Source: Lama guanicoe
Taxonomy: Eukaryota
DNA length: 64,000 nucleotides
Assembly (NCBI GenBank): GCA_013239625.1
Contig: MU054212.1
Span: 5,552,270 to 5,616,269 of the forward strand
Direction of reading: 5' to 3'
Made by a program: the position numbers and the translations under genes. Under the pieces are notes generated by a model that searched no databases, was not told the DNA's origin, and saw only the letters and a program-made list of their open reading frames with translations. Positions 49,901-62,033 of this stretch are shown one piece after another (position 1 is the stretch's first letter; every line of letters starts with the position of its first letter).

Positions 49901-52900
49901 TTTTTTTACCTTAACAACACACAAGACTGCTTCATTTGTGTTTGGATCTGTGCTAATTCTGAAGTTTCCATTTTCATTTCCTTGTAGGATCTTGTATACA
50001 GCCTTTGAGTGAGGCGTGTTTGGCAAATCCTGGTCACGTACTGCCATTCGTAAAATCTCAACGTCAATTCTGTTTTCTTCTACTTCTGTAAAATACTGAA
50101 ACCATTGCCTCTTGTTATTATAAATTAATAGTTTCACTGATGTGATTTTCTACTTTAAAGGTTATATTTAAAGAAAAAGAAAACAAAGTGATATGGAAAT
50201 ATGCAATTATACATCAGGAAGAATTTACATGTTTAACACATAAGCTCACACCTACTGTTTCAAATCTTATCCATTCTTCAAAGACTAACTCATGTCTTAA
50301 CTTTTCAACTTCTATGAGGTGATTTTTCTAATCATTCAAGCCCTCATATTTGTCTCCATTCTGTACTTCTACAGTATTCACAGTCTATCACCCCTATTTT
50401 ATACATAAAATGCTTTATATTAAGATATTAAAGCTTCAGTGTTTGAAGATAACTGTAAATTTCCTTTTTTAACTTTTGACTCACTGGCAAACACTGTAAG
50501 GAAAAAGTTTTCCCTTCTTTGAGAAATTAAATCATAGTTTTTTCCCCAATACCCCCTAAAAAAGAAATATGATTATGGAAAAACACTTAAAAAAGTAGTA
50601 AATCAGAATCTTCCAGAGATGTAAAATGAAGGATGACAGCCTGGTAGCCTTTGGAACATAATGGATCTAGATTCTAATCCCACTTTTTCCTCTTATATCA
50701 TCTGTATGTATGAGAGCATGGACATGTTACTTAACTGACCTTTCACGTCCTCCTATGAAATAAGGGATAAAACATATCCTTAAAAATCATAGGGATTAAT
50801 GTAAAAATATTGTATAGATGTGCTTGTCATTACAGGTTTTCCCTTCTCTGACTTGTATTCTGGTACAGATTAATGAGAAAAGTGGAGACGACTTACTAAA
50901 AGTTCAAGAAAGAAGAATCACTTCCTGGAAGTACCATCCTACACACACCTCTTGTGTTGTGTGTTCCTAAGTCAGCGTGTGTTCATGGGTAACCCAGGAG
51001 GAGACTGCACACAGATGGCTGTACTCCTGACTTCCCAGCAGAGCAGAAGATGTAAACTAGCCCTTTTGTTATCTTAAAAAGTTGAAGAGTCAAGAACACC
51101 AGAGAGATGCCCTCTTCCCTTTCACAACTGTAAAGGAAATTTGAGTCCAAAGAATCTGATACCAGAGCTTGACATCCAAGAAGCACTGAACACGTCAATA
51201 AACTCAAGGGACAGAAAGCAATTAGATGACCAAGAGAGTAGTCATTTCCTTGCATCCAGGAATAACAGCCGCTTTGATTATTTGTACAGAAATCATATTT
51301 TCCTATGGGTATTATTTGGAAGTTGTTGCTATTAAAACCAAAATGTATAATCCGAGAGCTAACAAATTCCAGATTTGTTTTTTTTTTAAAGTAAATGAAT
51401 CTAGAGAAATGAATACAGAGATATACTCACAGAAGATTCTGTAAAATATGGTGAATTGTCATTTTCATCCTCAAGCGAAATTGTAATTGTTCCTGTATTA
51501 AATAACCCAAAAGGTTGGCCTCCCATGTCTCGCACTTCCATTATCAACTTGTACGTATCACATTTCTGAAAAAAAAAAGGGGAAAGGTACACTGATGACC
51601 ACTTCTATTTCCTGTAACCTGTGATTCTCATAGCCCTTGCTCAGGCTTCGATTATTGTACAAATTCTTCTTTGAAATTTTTTCCAGAAAAAAGCTAACAC
51701 AAATACAAACATCGAATAAGAGATTGGTCAGTCAATACAATGGAAAATTGATGTTTCTAATATAACATTTCAAAATGTAAAATTATTTTAGCATCCACAC
51801 ATCAAACCAGGTCACTGACGTCAAGTGAAGCCTTGTCTAGCACCTTGCACCTTCCCCCAAGTCCCTGTAGGTACAAAGGAAGTGTCCTGAGAAGCCCTAA
51901 GCACAGCCCGTGTGGAAGCAGGCCTGGAGAAGGGGCCTTCCTGTGACTTTCCTGGGAGTTCACCATCAGTTTAAACACAGTTTAGTGGCTGAGAAATGAA
52001 TTAAGCAATTCATTACTTCTCTATCCAGCAAAGGCGTAGCCGTGGTGATGACACCTGTATCTGGATGGATGGAGAAATGCTTTGGGTGATCTGGGATTTG
52101 CTGTAAGATTTTATATCTCAGACGAGTATGCAGAGTGTCAGGTTCATCGTGGTCGATGGCTGTCACTTTTCCCACTGAAGTTCCTGTTTAGATAAATCCA
52201 ACAATTTCAACAATTTCAAACAGCGACACAACTGAATTACAAACAAAAATAAAAATCAAGGCATTGCTGTAGCATATTCTCAAAACCACCAGTTGATTAA
52301 TGTTAAATGTTATGGATAAGTGGAGAAGTATCTAAATGCTCTCCAAAACTCTAAGTGCCCCTTACCTGGAAACATTGACTAGGTAGCTACCGTGGATAAT
52401 ATGATTTGCATTCTGTCTACGTGGGAACATCCACCCCACCTGTGGTAACAGCGGTTCTCAAATTCTTCCTCCCAAACCAGTTCATGGACCATTTTTGGAT
52501 GGTGTCTTCTCTGTATAGCTTGTTCTTTTCAAAGGCCAACTTGATAATGTTAATTAAAGGAAGAGCACAGCTTTGCATATGATAACAAAGGTTTTATGCT
52601 TTTGTATTTTAATAAATGTACTGAACTGTTAATATATACAAGACTTCAACGTTATGCAACAGTTTGAGTGTCATTTGGACCAGCTTTATGGCCCAGAAAT
52701 CAGAGTATTGGAAACGCTGCTTTAGCAAACCACTTATTGAGGGAAAACAGTATTAAATATGCCTACATAATGACAACAGGATGGAGGAGGCATAAAAACT
52801 AACAACATAAAAACTAGCAACTTTATGAATAAACTAGACAGTCTTTTTATGCCCTTTGGTTTGACAAGGTCACAATCTTGGCTGCTGAGAACATCAACCC

Positions 52901-55900
52901 AATTAAAAATTTTTTTTTCAATTTGTTTGGAAAAATGTGCTGAGTAAAGGAACGCATAGGTTGTTACAAGCCAGGTCAGCATTTCCATACCATCATCTAT
53001 TTCCGGCTCCTTGAAAATGTATTGTGACGATCTATTGCTTTATAAATATATCTATGACACATATGCACACGATCAAAATAGAAACAATAAAGAGTGTCTG
53101 TCTGTCACACACTCATATGTAGTAGAACTTTATGTATCACTTAGCTGCCATCCGCATGTGCCTGGAAAATGAGCGCAAAAAGGTTTGCCTTTGAAGAGCC
53201 TATGATCTTATAAGACTACAAAGTTTTGTATAGCATATCCTTGAAAGTCCAGCATTTAAAAATGTTCTGCATAATTGTGTTTAAAAGATCAATGAGGAAT
53301 TCGATGGAAGCAAAAATCTCATGTTTTCCCTGAAGCGTGAACTTACCGGTTCGGCAGTTCTCGGGCACACTAAACATAGTCAATTTGCTTTCAAAGTACG
53401 GGGCATTGTCATTATCATCTTCGACCTTGAACAGCAAGGGCAGTGGGTACTCGGGTGCATAACCGTCTATGGTCGTCGCGTAGGCATAGAGCTGAAAGGT
53501 AGACAACCCCCATCAGCTGATTCTTCAAGAACAAATTAAGCACAGAATTAAACCTAGCAGTTGGGGAGAGACGTAATGTTTGAAAAAAAAAATCATCTGC
53601 AAAGGCACATCTAACCAAGAACTTATCCAATGGAGACACAACACACCAGCACAGTCTGTGTCTGAATTAGGTTAACTCAGGAGAATCCACTTACGTTCCT
53701 ATGATAGAGAAACTATGAATCTTTTCGTAATTAGTCACTAAAGCAACAGTTTCAAAAAGCGCAATGAGAGGAATGGTTTGGCAGCCTAGTTTCCATCATT
53801 CTATATTAAAGCAGTAATAATATACTTAAACGTTGTTAAATTAGTATAAACGGAATACTGTACTTTAGTAGGATTAGTCATATTTTTAGCCGAGTTAGAA
53901 GAGTGTTATTTAAATTTTACATGTGTACTATTGTGATGTCATTTTCCCTTTGAATTCTTCTGTAGCTTGAAGAACCTCATCTCTTCTAGCCCTTTTGCAC
54001 TGTAATGTGCTCTTATCTTTGAAATTGCTCTCATCTTTGGGAAAATGCAAACAGGTGTCAGCAGGAGCTGGGACTTGAATTTAGCGCTGACTTGAGAGTG
54101 GGGCATTCAGTGTAGGCTGGGCAGAGGAAGGGAGAGAGCGGGGACACCAACGCTGAGTGTGTACAGAATGTGATTAGCAACGTGTATATACGGACAACGG
54201 ATGGACTTGTGTGTCTGGAAAAGAAATCACACGTTACTAGATAGTAAGGCTCTTCCTGGATAGAAAAGAAGGGACTGGATTGAACTAATTTTTCCCTACA
54301 AATTTATAAAGTCCAGACTCTTCTAAACATTCAAGAGGAAGAGTGTTTGCATCTGCTTTCTTTCATAGAATAACTTGGAACTATTGAAGAAGATTCACTT
54401 CTTCTGCAATTCTTCTTTAAAAAGCTTGAAAAGGGACCTTATATAAATCCCTAAAAATCATATGAATTGAATGGTTTAAAACAAATTCCTCCAACTGCAA
54501 TAACGGTGTGACTCATCTAGAACATTCTTTGCCAGCCAAGATTGAACAATACAATGTGGGACAAGAGAGCAAACAAGGGAGCAGCAATGATAGGAACTGA
54601 ATTAGACCTGTGGCTACTGTTTCCAAAAATCAATGAAATTAAATTATTTCAAACAACATGAATTTATTAATACTTAACATTTATATCAATTAGATAAAAG
54701 CAAAGAATTGGAAAACCCCATCAAAATCCCCAGCTTTGAGGACAAAATTCTGGAACATGTGCATTATTTGAGCTACCATCAGAATATTTTTAAAGAGCTT
54801 TACAGTTCATACAGTGATTTGGCCACATTATGGTATTGAATGATCCCAACAGCTCAGAGGTAGATAAGACAACTATTAGCAGTCCATAAAAGAGAGAAGA
54901 AAGCAATCTTGAGGTTGTGACCTGCCCAAGACTAAAAGGAAAAGTGGCAGATACTGAAGATCCACTAATTTCCAGAGAAATAAGCTTTCCAGTATAAAAG
55001 AATAAGTAAAACTGATTTGATAGAAAAGCAAAGACATTTTAATTTTAATCTCTGCATTGACAGAGAAGGCTTCTTTCTATTCCACATTGTCTCAAGTGAT
55101 TTTATAGCTGGCACCATGTTTACATCTGGTTGTTGCACTTCCCCTTATGAATTTTGTTGATTGCAGTTGGTGTTTCTTAATGCCAATTCAATCTTAAGCA
55201 TGTTAATGGGAACCAGAGAAACACAAATAATTCAGAAGGGAAAATTATTCAAAAGCCCAACTTTGAGCAAAAATTGCCAACTATTTTATTCCTTTGTCCT
55301 TCGAAAGATGTCAAAAAATAGTGAAGTAACGTATTTTCATTTTAAACTATTCTCTCTGGCAACGATCCGGGGAAGAAGCCAAAACAGACAGCAGGTTGAT
55401 GAGTGAGAAGCAGATGAAGACCTCAAACCCCATAAACAAGATGTTATCAGTAGCGTAAGAGACGACGCGTGCATTGCATCGCCCAGGGCAGGCAGCTCTT
55501 TATTCAGTATTAAGGCCTTTTCTTCTGTGGTTGGATCTTTTCTGCTTGTGAAGGAGCTATCAGGGGAAGCAGCAGAGAACTTATACATTTAAACATTATG
55601 AAGAAATTATGTCCTTCTAATCCAGCCATTTTATTTAATTATGAAATCCCTAAAGGGGAACATTAACCTTGCTTCAAACATTTCACTACCTTATATAGAG
55701 CTTTGAAATCCTTAAAATAGGGTCCTCGGCATCAACTATCGAGTCCTTCACACTCTGGTCTTTACTTCCTGCTCTCGTCTCACACCCTTTCTTAGCTTCA
55801 AACAATGCCTTCAGCTAGGATTTGTTGTTTCTGTAGATTTATCTCAAACCATGGGTCTTTCCATCGCTGATGCCTCTGCCTAGGGCACTCAGCTATCTCC

Positions 55901-58900
55901 TCCACTGCTCCCCACCTCACCGTTTATTGACTTTTCGTGGCTGCCTTTATACGGCCGTAAATTCCTACACATCTTTCAAATGTCTGCTGAGATACTACTT
56001 TCTGGACTGCCCATGTGTCACTTTCCCTTTCCTGTGCTACTTGAGCAAAGAACTCCTTTACTACACTCTTAGAATTCAAGACACCATGTGCTTAAACAGC
56101 TTCATTCACCATCACACTACAACTCACGGTGAATTTCTTTTGTATGTCAGATTAGACATCAGAACACTAAGGAGATACGTGAAGTTGAAACAGGAAAATT
56201 AAAGATTCAATTTTCAGAAGAGTTCGAATTTTTCCTTGGGTGAGGTTAGTTAGAATAAGATGAATGGGTAAATGTATTACTCAGGAATTAACGATAGTCA
56301 AGATTCTTGTTGTTGAAGGACAGTCAGAGGGAAGGAAAGACAAGATGGTCAATGCAACACAAGAGGCTAACGCAGGGGATCTCAACCTCAGGAAACATTT
56401 AGAATCGCCTCAGGTGACTTCAAATTTTCATTGCCTGGGCCCCACTCTAGAACAATTAAATCAGAATTTCTGGGAATTGGCTCGATCATCAGTACATTCA
56501 AAAAAAAATTATCGCATGATTTATAACATGGAGTCAGGGTTGAGAATAATTGAGCTACATTATTACAGGGAACTTTAAACGCAATAAAATTCACTGTTAT
56601 TGTCCCAGGAGTCTACAGATCAAAACCTGTCCTTCAAAAATGTTATTATAGTTTCTACAGCTTTCCCTGCCTTTCTTAGGATATCCATTATCTTTCTTCA
56701 TCCATGGCACCAATAGAAACTTGAAGTTTATATTACACAGTAACAATACTCAAAATATTAAATCAAATATTTGATTCTTCTAATATGTAAATAAGTGGTA
56801 CTGAAAATATTAAACCAAGAATAGAAAACATGATTCTGAATAATCCAATAATCTTACCGGAAACTCTGCATACTGCTCACGATCTATGCTTCTTGTACAA
56901 AAGATATCCCCTGTGTCTTTGTCTATGAAGAACAAATTGAAGGGCTCTTTGTCAACTCCTGGTCCACTTATGGAGTAAAAGATGGTGTAGTTCTGTGCGG
57001 CATCAGATTGAACCTGTAACGATAGGTGATAATTCAAGGAAAGAACAAATATGTCGTGATAAATATTTTCAACCTAATCTCTTGTGATGGTTTTTTTTTT
57101 TTTTTATCACTGGCTCTCTTTCCTACTCCCCTATTCTTTCTTTCCTCTGTGGGTCCACCCCCATGTTTTTAAAATTCTTAATCATATTCTGCAATGTGCC
57201 AAGCCACAAACTCTGTCACCTCTTTGATTCCAAATTATTTTGGGTTATCCACATAGAGATGGAAAAATAGTGCAGCTGAATATGCCTTTACAATTCTTAT
57301 TCATTTATTCTTATTCCTACATAAAGTATAGTAACAAAAGTGATTTTGAGTTATTAGCAATGGAAAATTTTGTGACTAAAAAGAAGTAGAAAAAAATGCA
57401 ACTTTCCTCCCATAATTACTTCTTCAGGAATTGCATAATTCCAAAGTTGACCTATGTGTGCACTTCAGTTATGTGGCAGTGATACCACTTTTTGGTAAAT
57501 GGAAATATGGGCTTTTTTCGTGAGGATAACTGCTAAAGGGAGAATTTAATTATGCGAAATCTGTAGGCATGTCCTCTGTACGTGAATACTGAAGTGTGGT
57601 AGAGTATTCAGGAGAATCAAAATGCAGACCCAAGAGCATCAGAAACTCAAAATATGCAACTTGTTTCTAAGTGCTAAATATGATTTTCGGAGGAAAGTGA
57701 TAAATACACAGACTCCCTTCTGCAGGACCCTGGTTCTGGTGAATAGATGGTCCTCACTGGTACCAACAGGTCAAAGCCCTGAGTCAATTCAAATGGGAAG
57801 TTTCAAGAAGAAACAAAATTTGAACATAAAATGGAACAAGATGGACTGTACCTGCTGAACATGTTGTGGAAATGGACCTAGTGAGTTCTCCATCAGCGAA
57901 CACGGAATAGGGGCCCATCGCCTCTTGCTTCGCCTGAGGACTGTGTCTTTGGGATGTCTCTTAGGAATCTGCATTTGATGAGAGGTGAAGAAATACAGCA
58001 GAGCTTATCCCTCTAGGCACTGTCCGAGGGCATCGACATGAAGAAACAAGTGAGGGTTGTACATAATATCATGTACATACAACACCCAAACAATTTCCGT
58101 GTTTTATTAACAAGACACACACACATATATACACAGAGTAAGAACCTCTTTCACCTATTTCCTGATTTAATCACCGAACCAATCAGAACATTTATAGGAT
58201 TTTGGTGAAAGATGTTATCTTGAGAAGTATAGATCACCTAAAAAAAGATAATCCATTAGCAGATATTTGAGAATTAATTTTATTCCACTTGTAGTGGTAC
58301 AACTAAAATTTGTTAAAATACTAGCTATGGTGCAAAGCATCTGTATACCTACATAAAGACACAGGTCAGCATGTGGTCCAATATATTTTATTTTATGTGA
58401 TACGGAAACTCTTCACAATTTGCATATAAATTAACGTTTTGTAGGCCTTAGTCTAAATTTGTAACAAATGAAAAGCATATGTAATATGTAAGCACATTCT
58501 AAATTTGATGGTGAATTCTTGTAATCCAAAGGAATTTAGCTGGGAAAGTGTCTTATAAATTGAATCACTTATTATAAGTTATTTAACAAGAAAAAATTAA
58601 TTGTGCAGAGTTTGCTGAAAATGAGATTTATGTGAGTTCCAGTAACCTTCCCCCTTCCCACTCCCTGATCACCACCACTCACTGCAAGAAGATGAACTGG
58701 CAAACCCATTCTGTGGACTGGCCATACTCCATTCTCTGAAGAGAGGGACCTTCTAGAATGTTCTATTAAGAAGACAATAAATTGTAGATGACCTCATCTC
58801 TGCTTTAAAGAGAGACTGAAAGTCATAGTCACTTGGGAGAGAGCTACTCAGGGTGGAGGGCCACACCTCCAGCCTGAATGAGTCTGCACTGAGTTTTCCA

Positions 58901-61900
58901 CCTGCCCTGCCTTGTTCCTCAGGTTGGTTGTTCTTACTGCCACACCTCACAACATTATCTGAAACCTCTGCTGTTCTGACTTTGCACCCTGGCTACAGAG
59001 CTGTTCATTTTGACACCATTGCAAATAGCTCTATTACTCCTTAAAAAAAGTCTAGTCTTTACATATGGTAATTCTAAGTGGAACAGAAACAAGCGAGCAC
59101 ATAAGAACAATGACTGTCCCAGGGAAGGAAATATATGAGATGGAAGATGCTTGTAAGAGGGTTACTATGCTCAAGTCTCGCCTAACGTACCTTCTTTCCT
59201 CTTGCTTCCAGTACAATGTCTATCTCTTTCTGCTCCTGTCCCTGAGCATCTGAAAGAAGAATGGAAAAACTCTTCTTTTCAGAAGACAAAACGAGGTCCC
59301 GTGTTGTGTAAACTGAGCCATCTCCTAGAATTCTGAAGTCAGGATCACTTGAGTGGATTAGGCTGGCTGACTGGAGACACTTCTTCAGATTCACTGCAAG
59401 GAAGAAATTTCACAGTAATTTGTACAGTGAAACAAGAATAGAACAAGTTTTACAGGAGTGACAACTTCCAGTCAGTGCATGAGAAGCAGAAAGAGAGAGA
59501 GGTTACACCTGGGAATACACTGAGTGTCTTCTATTGTAGAACTTAGAGGCCATAAAAATTAAATACTTAAATTAATGGAGTTGCAGTTTCCACTGCTTTC
59601 ATCATTAACTAATTCATGAATAGACACAAAGTATTTTCTTAATCTCGCTGGTTTTATTGTTTCCGCTTTAATTTTTACCTATGGGTTTATACATTAAGTA
59701 CAAATTTGTCATTTTCTATTATATGCAGTGTAACTGTATGACGTCAGTAGATTTTGAACTTGTTTGCAATAATCTGTGACCATTAAAACTATCTTGCAAA
59801 AAATAAGAAAAGAGGTCCATAGTTAAGTAATATTTCACAGTTGCAAGTACTCATTCTGTAATATCTTTTGGAGGCTTGATAAACACAATGCTTAGTAATC
59901 CTTAGTGGTTGCATCAAAATATTTCCTTTACAGATTCATATTTGATACATTTAGCATATTTACTATGTGCCCTTTGGGTGCAGACTGTATATCTTTTAAG
60001 TGCTTAATTTAAAACCTCAAAGCACTGGGCAAAGCATTGTCTACCTTGGAAAGAATACCACTTCTGTATTCAAGGTATATTTTTCTAGATGTAAACTGAA
60101 GACTAATGAGAAATGTTGATGAAAGAAATGTTACTCCTGGACTCAGAACAACCAACCCATGCCTCAGGTGTGGCTGTGATAATAAGACTACTTAACAATT
60201 TTATTTGACTTTCTGAAGTTATTCTGTGAAATAGATCACATGAATTCTTGCTGGGTACCTGGTCATTATAAGCAATTTTAAGCATAAATTTTATTTTGGC
60301 ATTTAAACTTTGACGCGTCTGTTTTATATCTATTCAATTAAAGAACATCGGCTTTGGAATTTTGGCAGCAGACAGTCACAGGAAATTAAAACATGCTTCT
60401 GGTTTCGGTGCCTTGCTTTGTTTGTACTAAACTAAGATAATTTAGCCCTCTGATGTTTGCTAATTCTCCTGGCAAGATAAGCATACAGCTACCTTGGTAC
60501 TTTTGATTGTTTCTAATCACTACCCCAAACCAGGTAGTTTGTCTTTCATTTTATGTCGAATTTTAATTTCAAGTAACTACCCTATGGCCTTAATCCCAAA
60601 CTTTACAAGAGCAGCCCGCAGCTAACTGTAGCAGTTAAAACTATGAAATTCTTAACATCATTTCTCACCTTTGCCTACAAGTGCTTCAGCATGAAGATGA
60701 GAAGGAACTTGGAGAGAAATTTTCTGGCAAGCATCGCAAAACAACAGTAAAACCTCGAAAGAAAGAAAATAATATCAGGAATTACATTTGACCACGAACT
60801 TTCACAATACAGTTTTGTCTTATTGACAAAACTATTGTCGATTTCTGAAACAAATGAATCTTCCAATCCTTCAGTGTTTTTCAAATTCATTTTAAAAGGA
60901 GACAACAAAAAAAAGTGGCTTTTAACCACAGTCCTTTAGTATCAGTGAAAAAATTAAAGTGAACAGTAGTTCTTAGGACCTAAATTGTACTGCATCATTT
61001 TAGGAAAATGTGTTACAAACCATTGACTTTATATAGAGGGTATCAGCTCTCAGGCCATTCATAAATGCCATTCTGGTTTTTTTAGCATGAAGAAAGTACT
61101 TAACTCTGGAATATAATAACCATGTATTTGTACACAAATCATCATTTTCACAGCCGCGAACAATCTGAGGTATAGCTGACTAAGTCAAGAAAGTATTTGA
61201 GGATGGCTTTTAACTTCCTAAAGAACAGCACCCACAAATATTCACTGGTCTCAAATCACTCCTTGGACCGGCTTGGCACAAACTCCAAAGTCTAAATAAT
61301 CTCATTCACAAAACTAGTCGAAAAAGAAATACAATTCAAAATATAGAGGGTAATTCAACAGGGTAAAGACTTTAAATTAAATTCAAGACACAGCTATTGT
61401 TTTAAGAAGTTATAGACCAAGTTCAAGGAGAGAAGAAGGCAGAGATGATCTGAAAAATAAAAACTATCGGTTTAAAAGTGTCAACAAATTCGAAACTTAT
61501 TTTTATTTCTTTTTCTTGTCATTTTGTTTATTTGCTTCCTCTTCTGTTGTTCAAAATGACTGTCTTTATTATTTAAACATAAAATTGACCTAGAACAGAA
61601 AGGTCAATTTTATAACCAATTTTTCTCTGAGGACATATTTCTAGGGTTAAGGGACCCATTGGGAGAAGGAAAGAAGACAGACTATCAGCCATATGGATGG
61701 ATGGACATTTCTTTTCTAACTCAGCCTGAGTCTATTGGAGATACTGCATCAACCTATATAAATAGTCTGTAATTGTACAAAATTCTGTTAGGCAGGTTAA
61801 TACCAAAACTTGGACTTTTAAAAGTTGTGTTTGCATTCTGCTTTAATTTGAATAACCACTTTTAAAAACATGAGACTTTTTATTTACTCGGACTTTTTAA

Positions 61901-61991
61901 TATTTTCGTTCCTAATGTCAGGGAATGAACTAAAATTTACCTAAAGAACTTTCTCAGTGTAAAAAATATATAATGTGGAAAGAACATTTTG

Positions 61992-62033
<42 letters not shown>

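Noticed and set aside
49720..49905. Very AT-rich tata/atta tract next to DSC1 exon 9
   Set aside because: Low-complexity decayed (TA)n sequence with no defined unit or structure.
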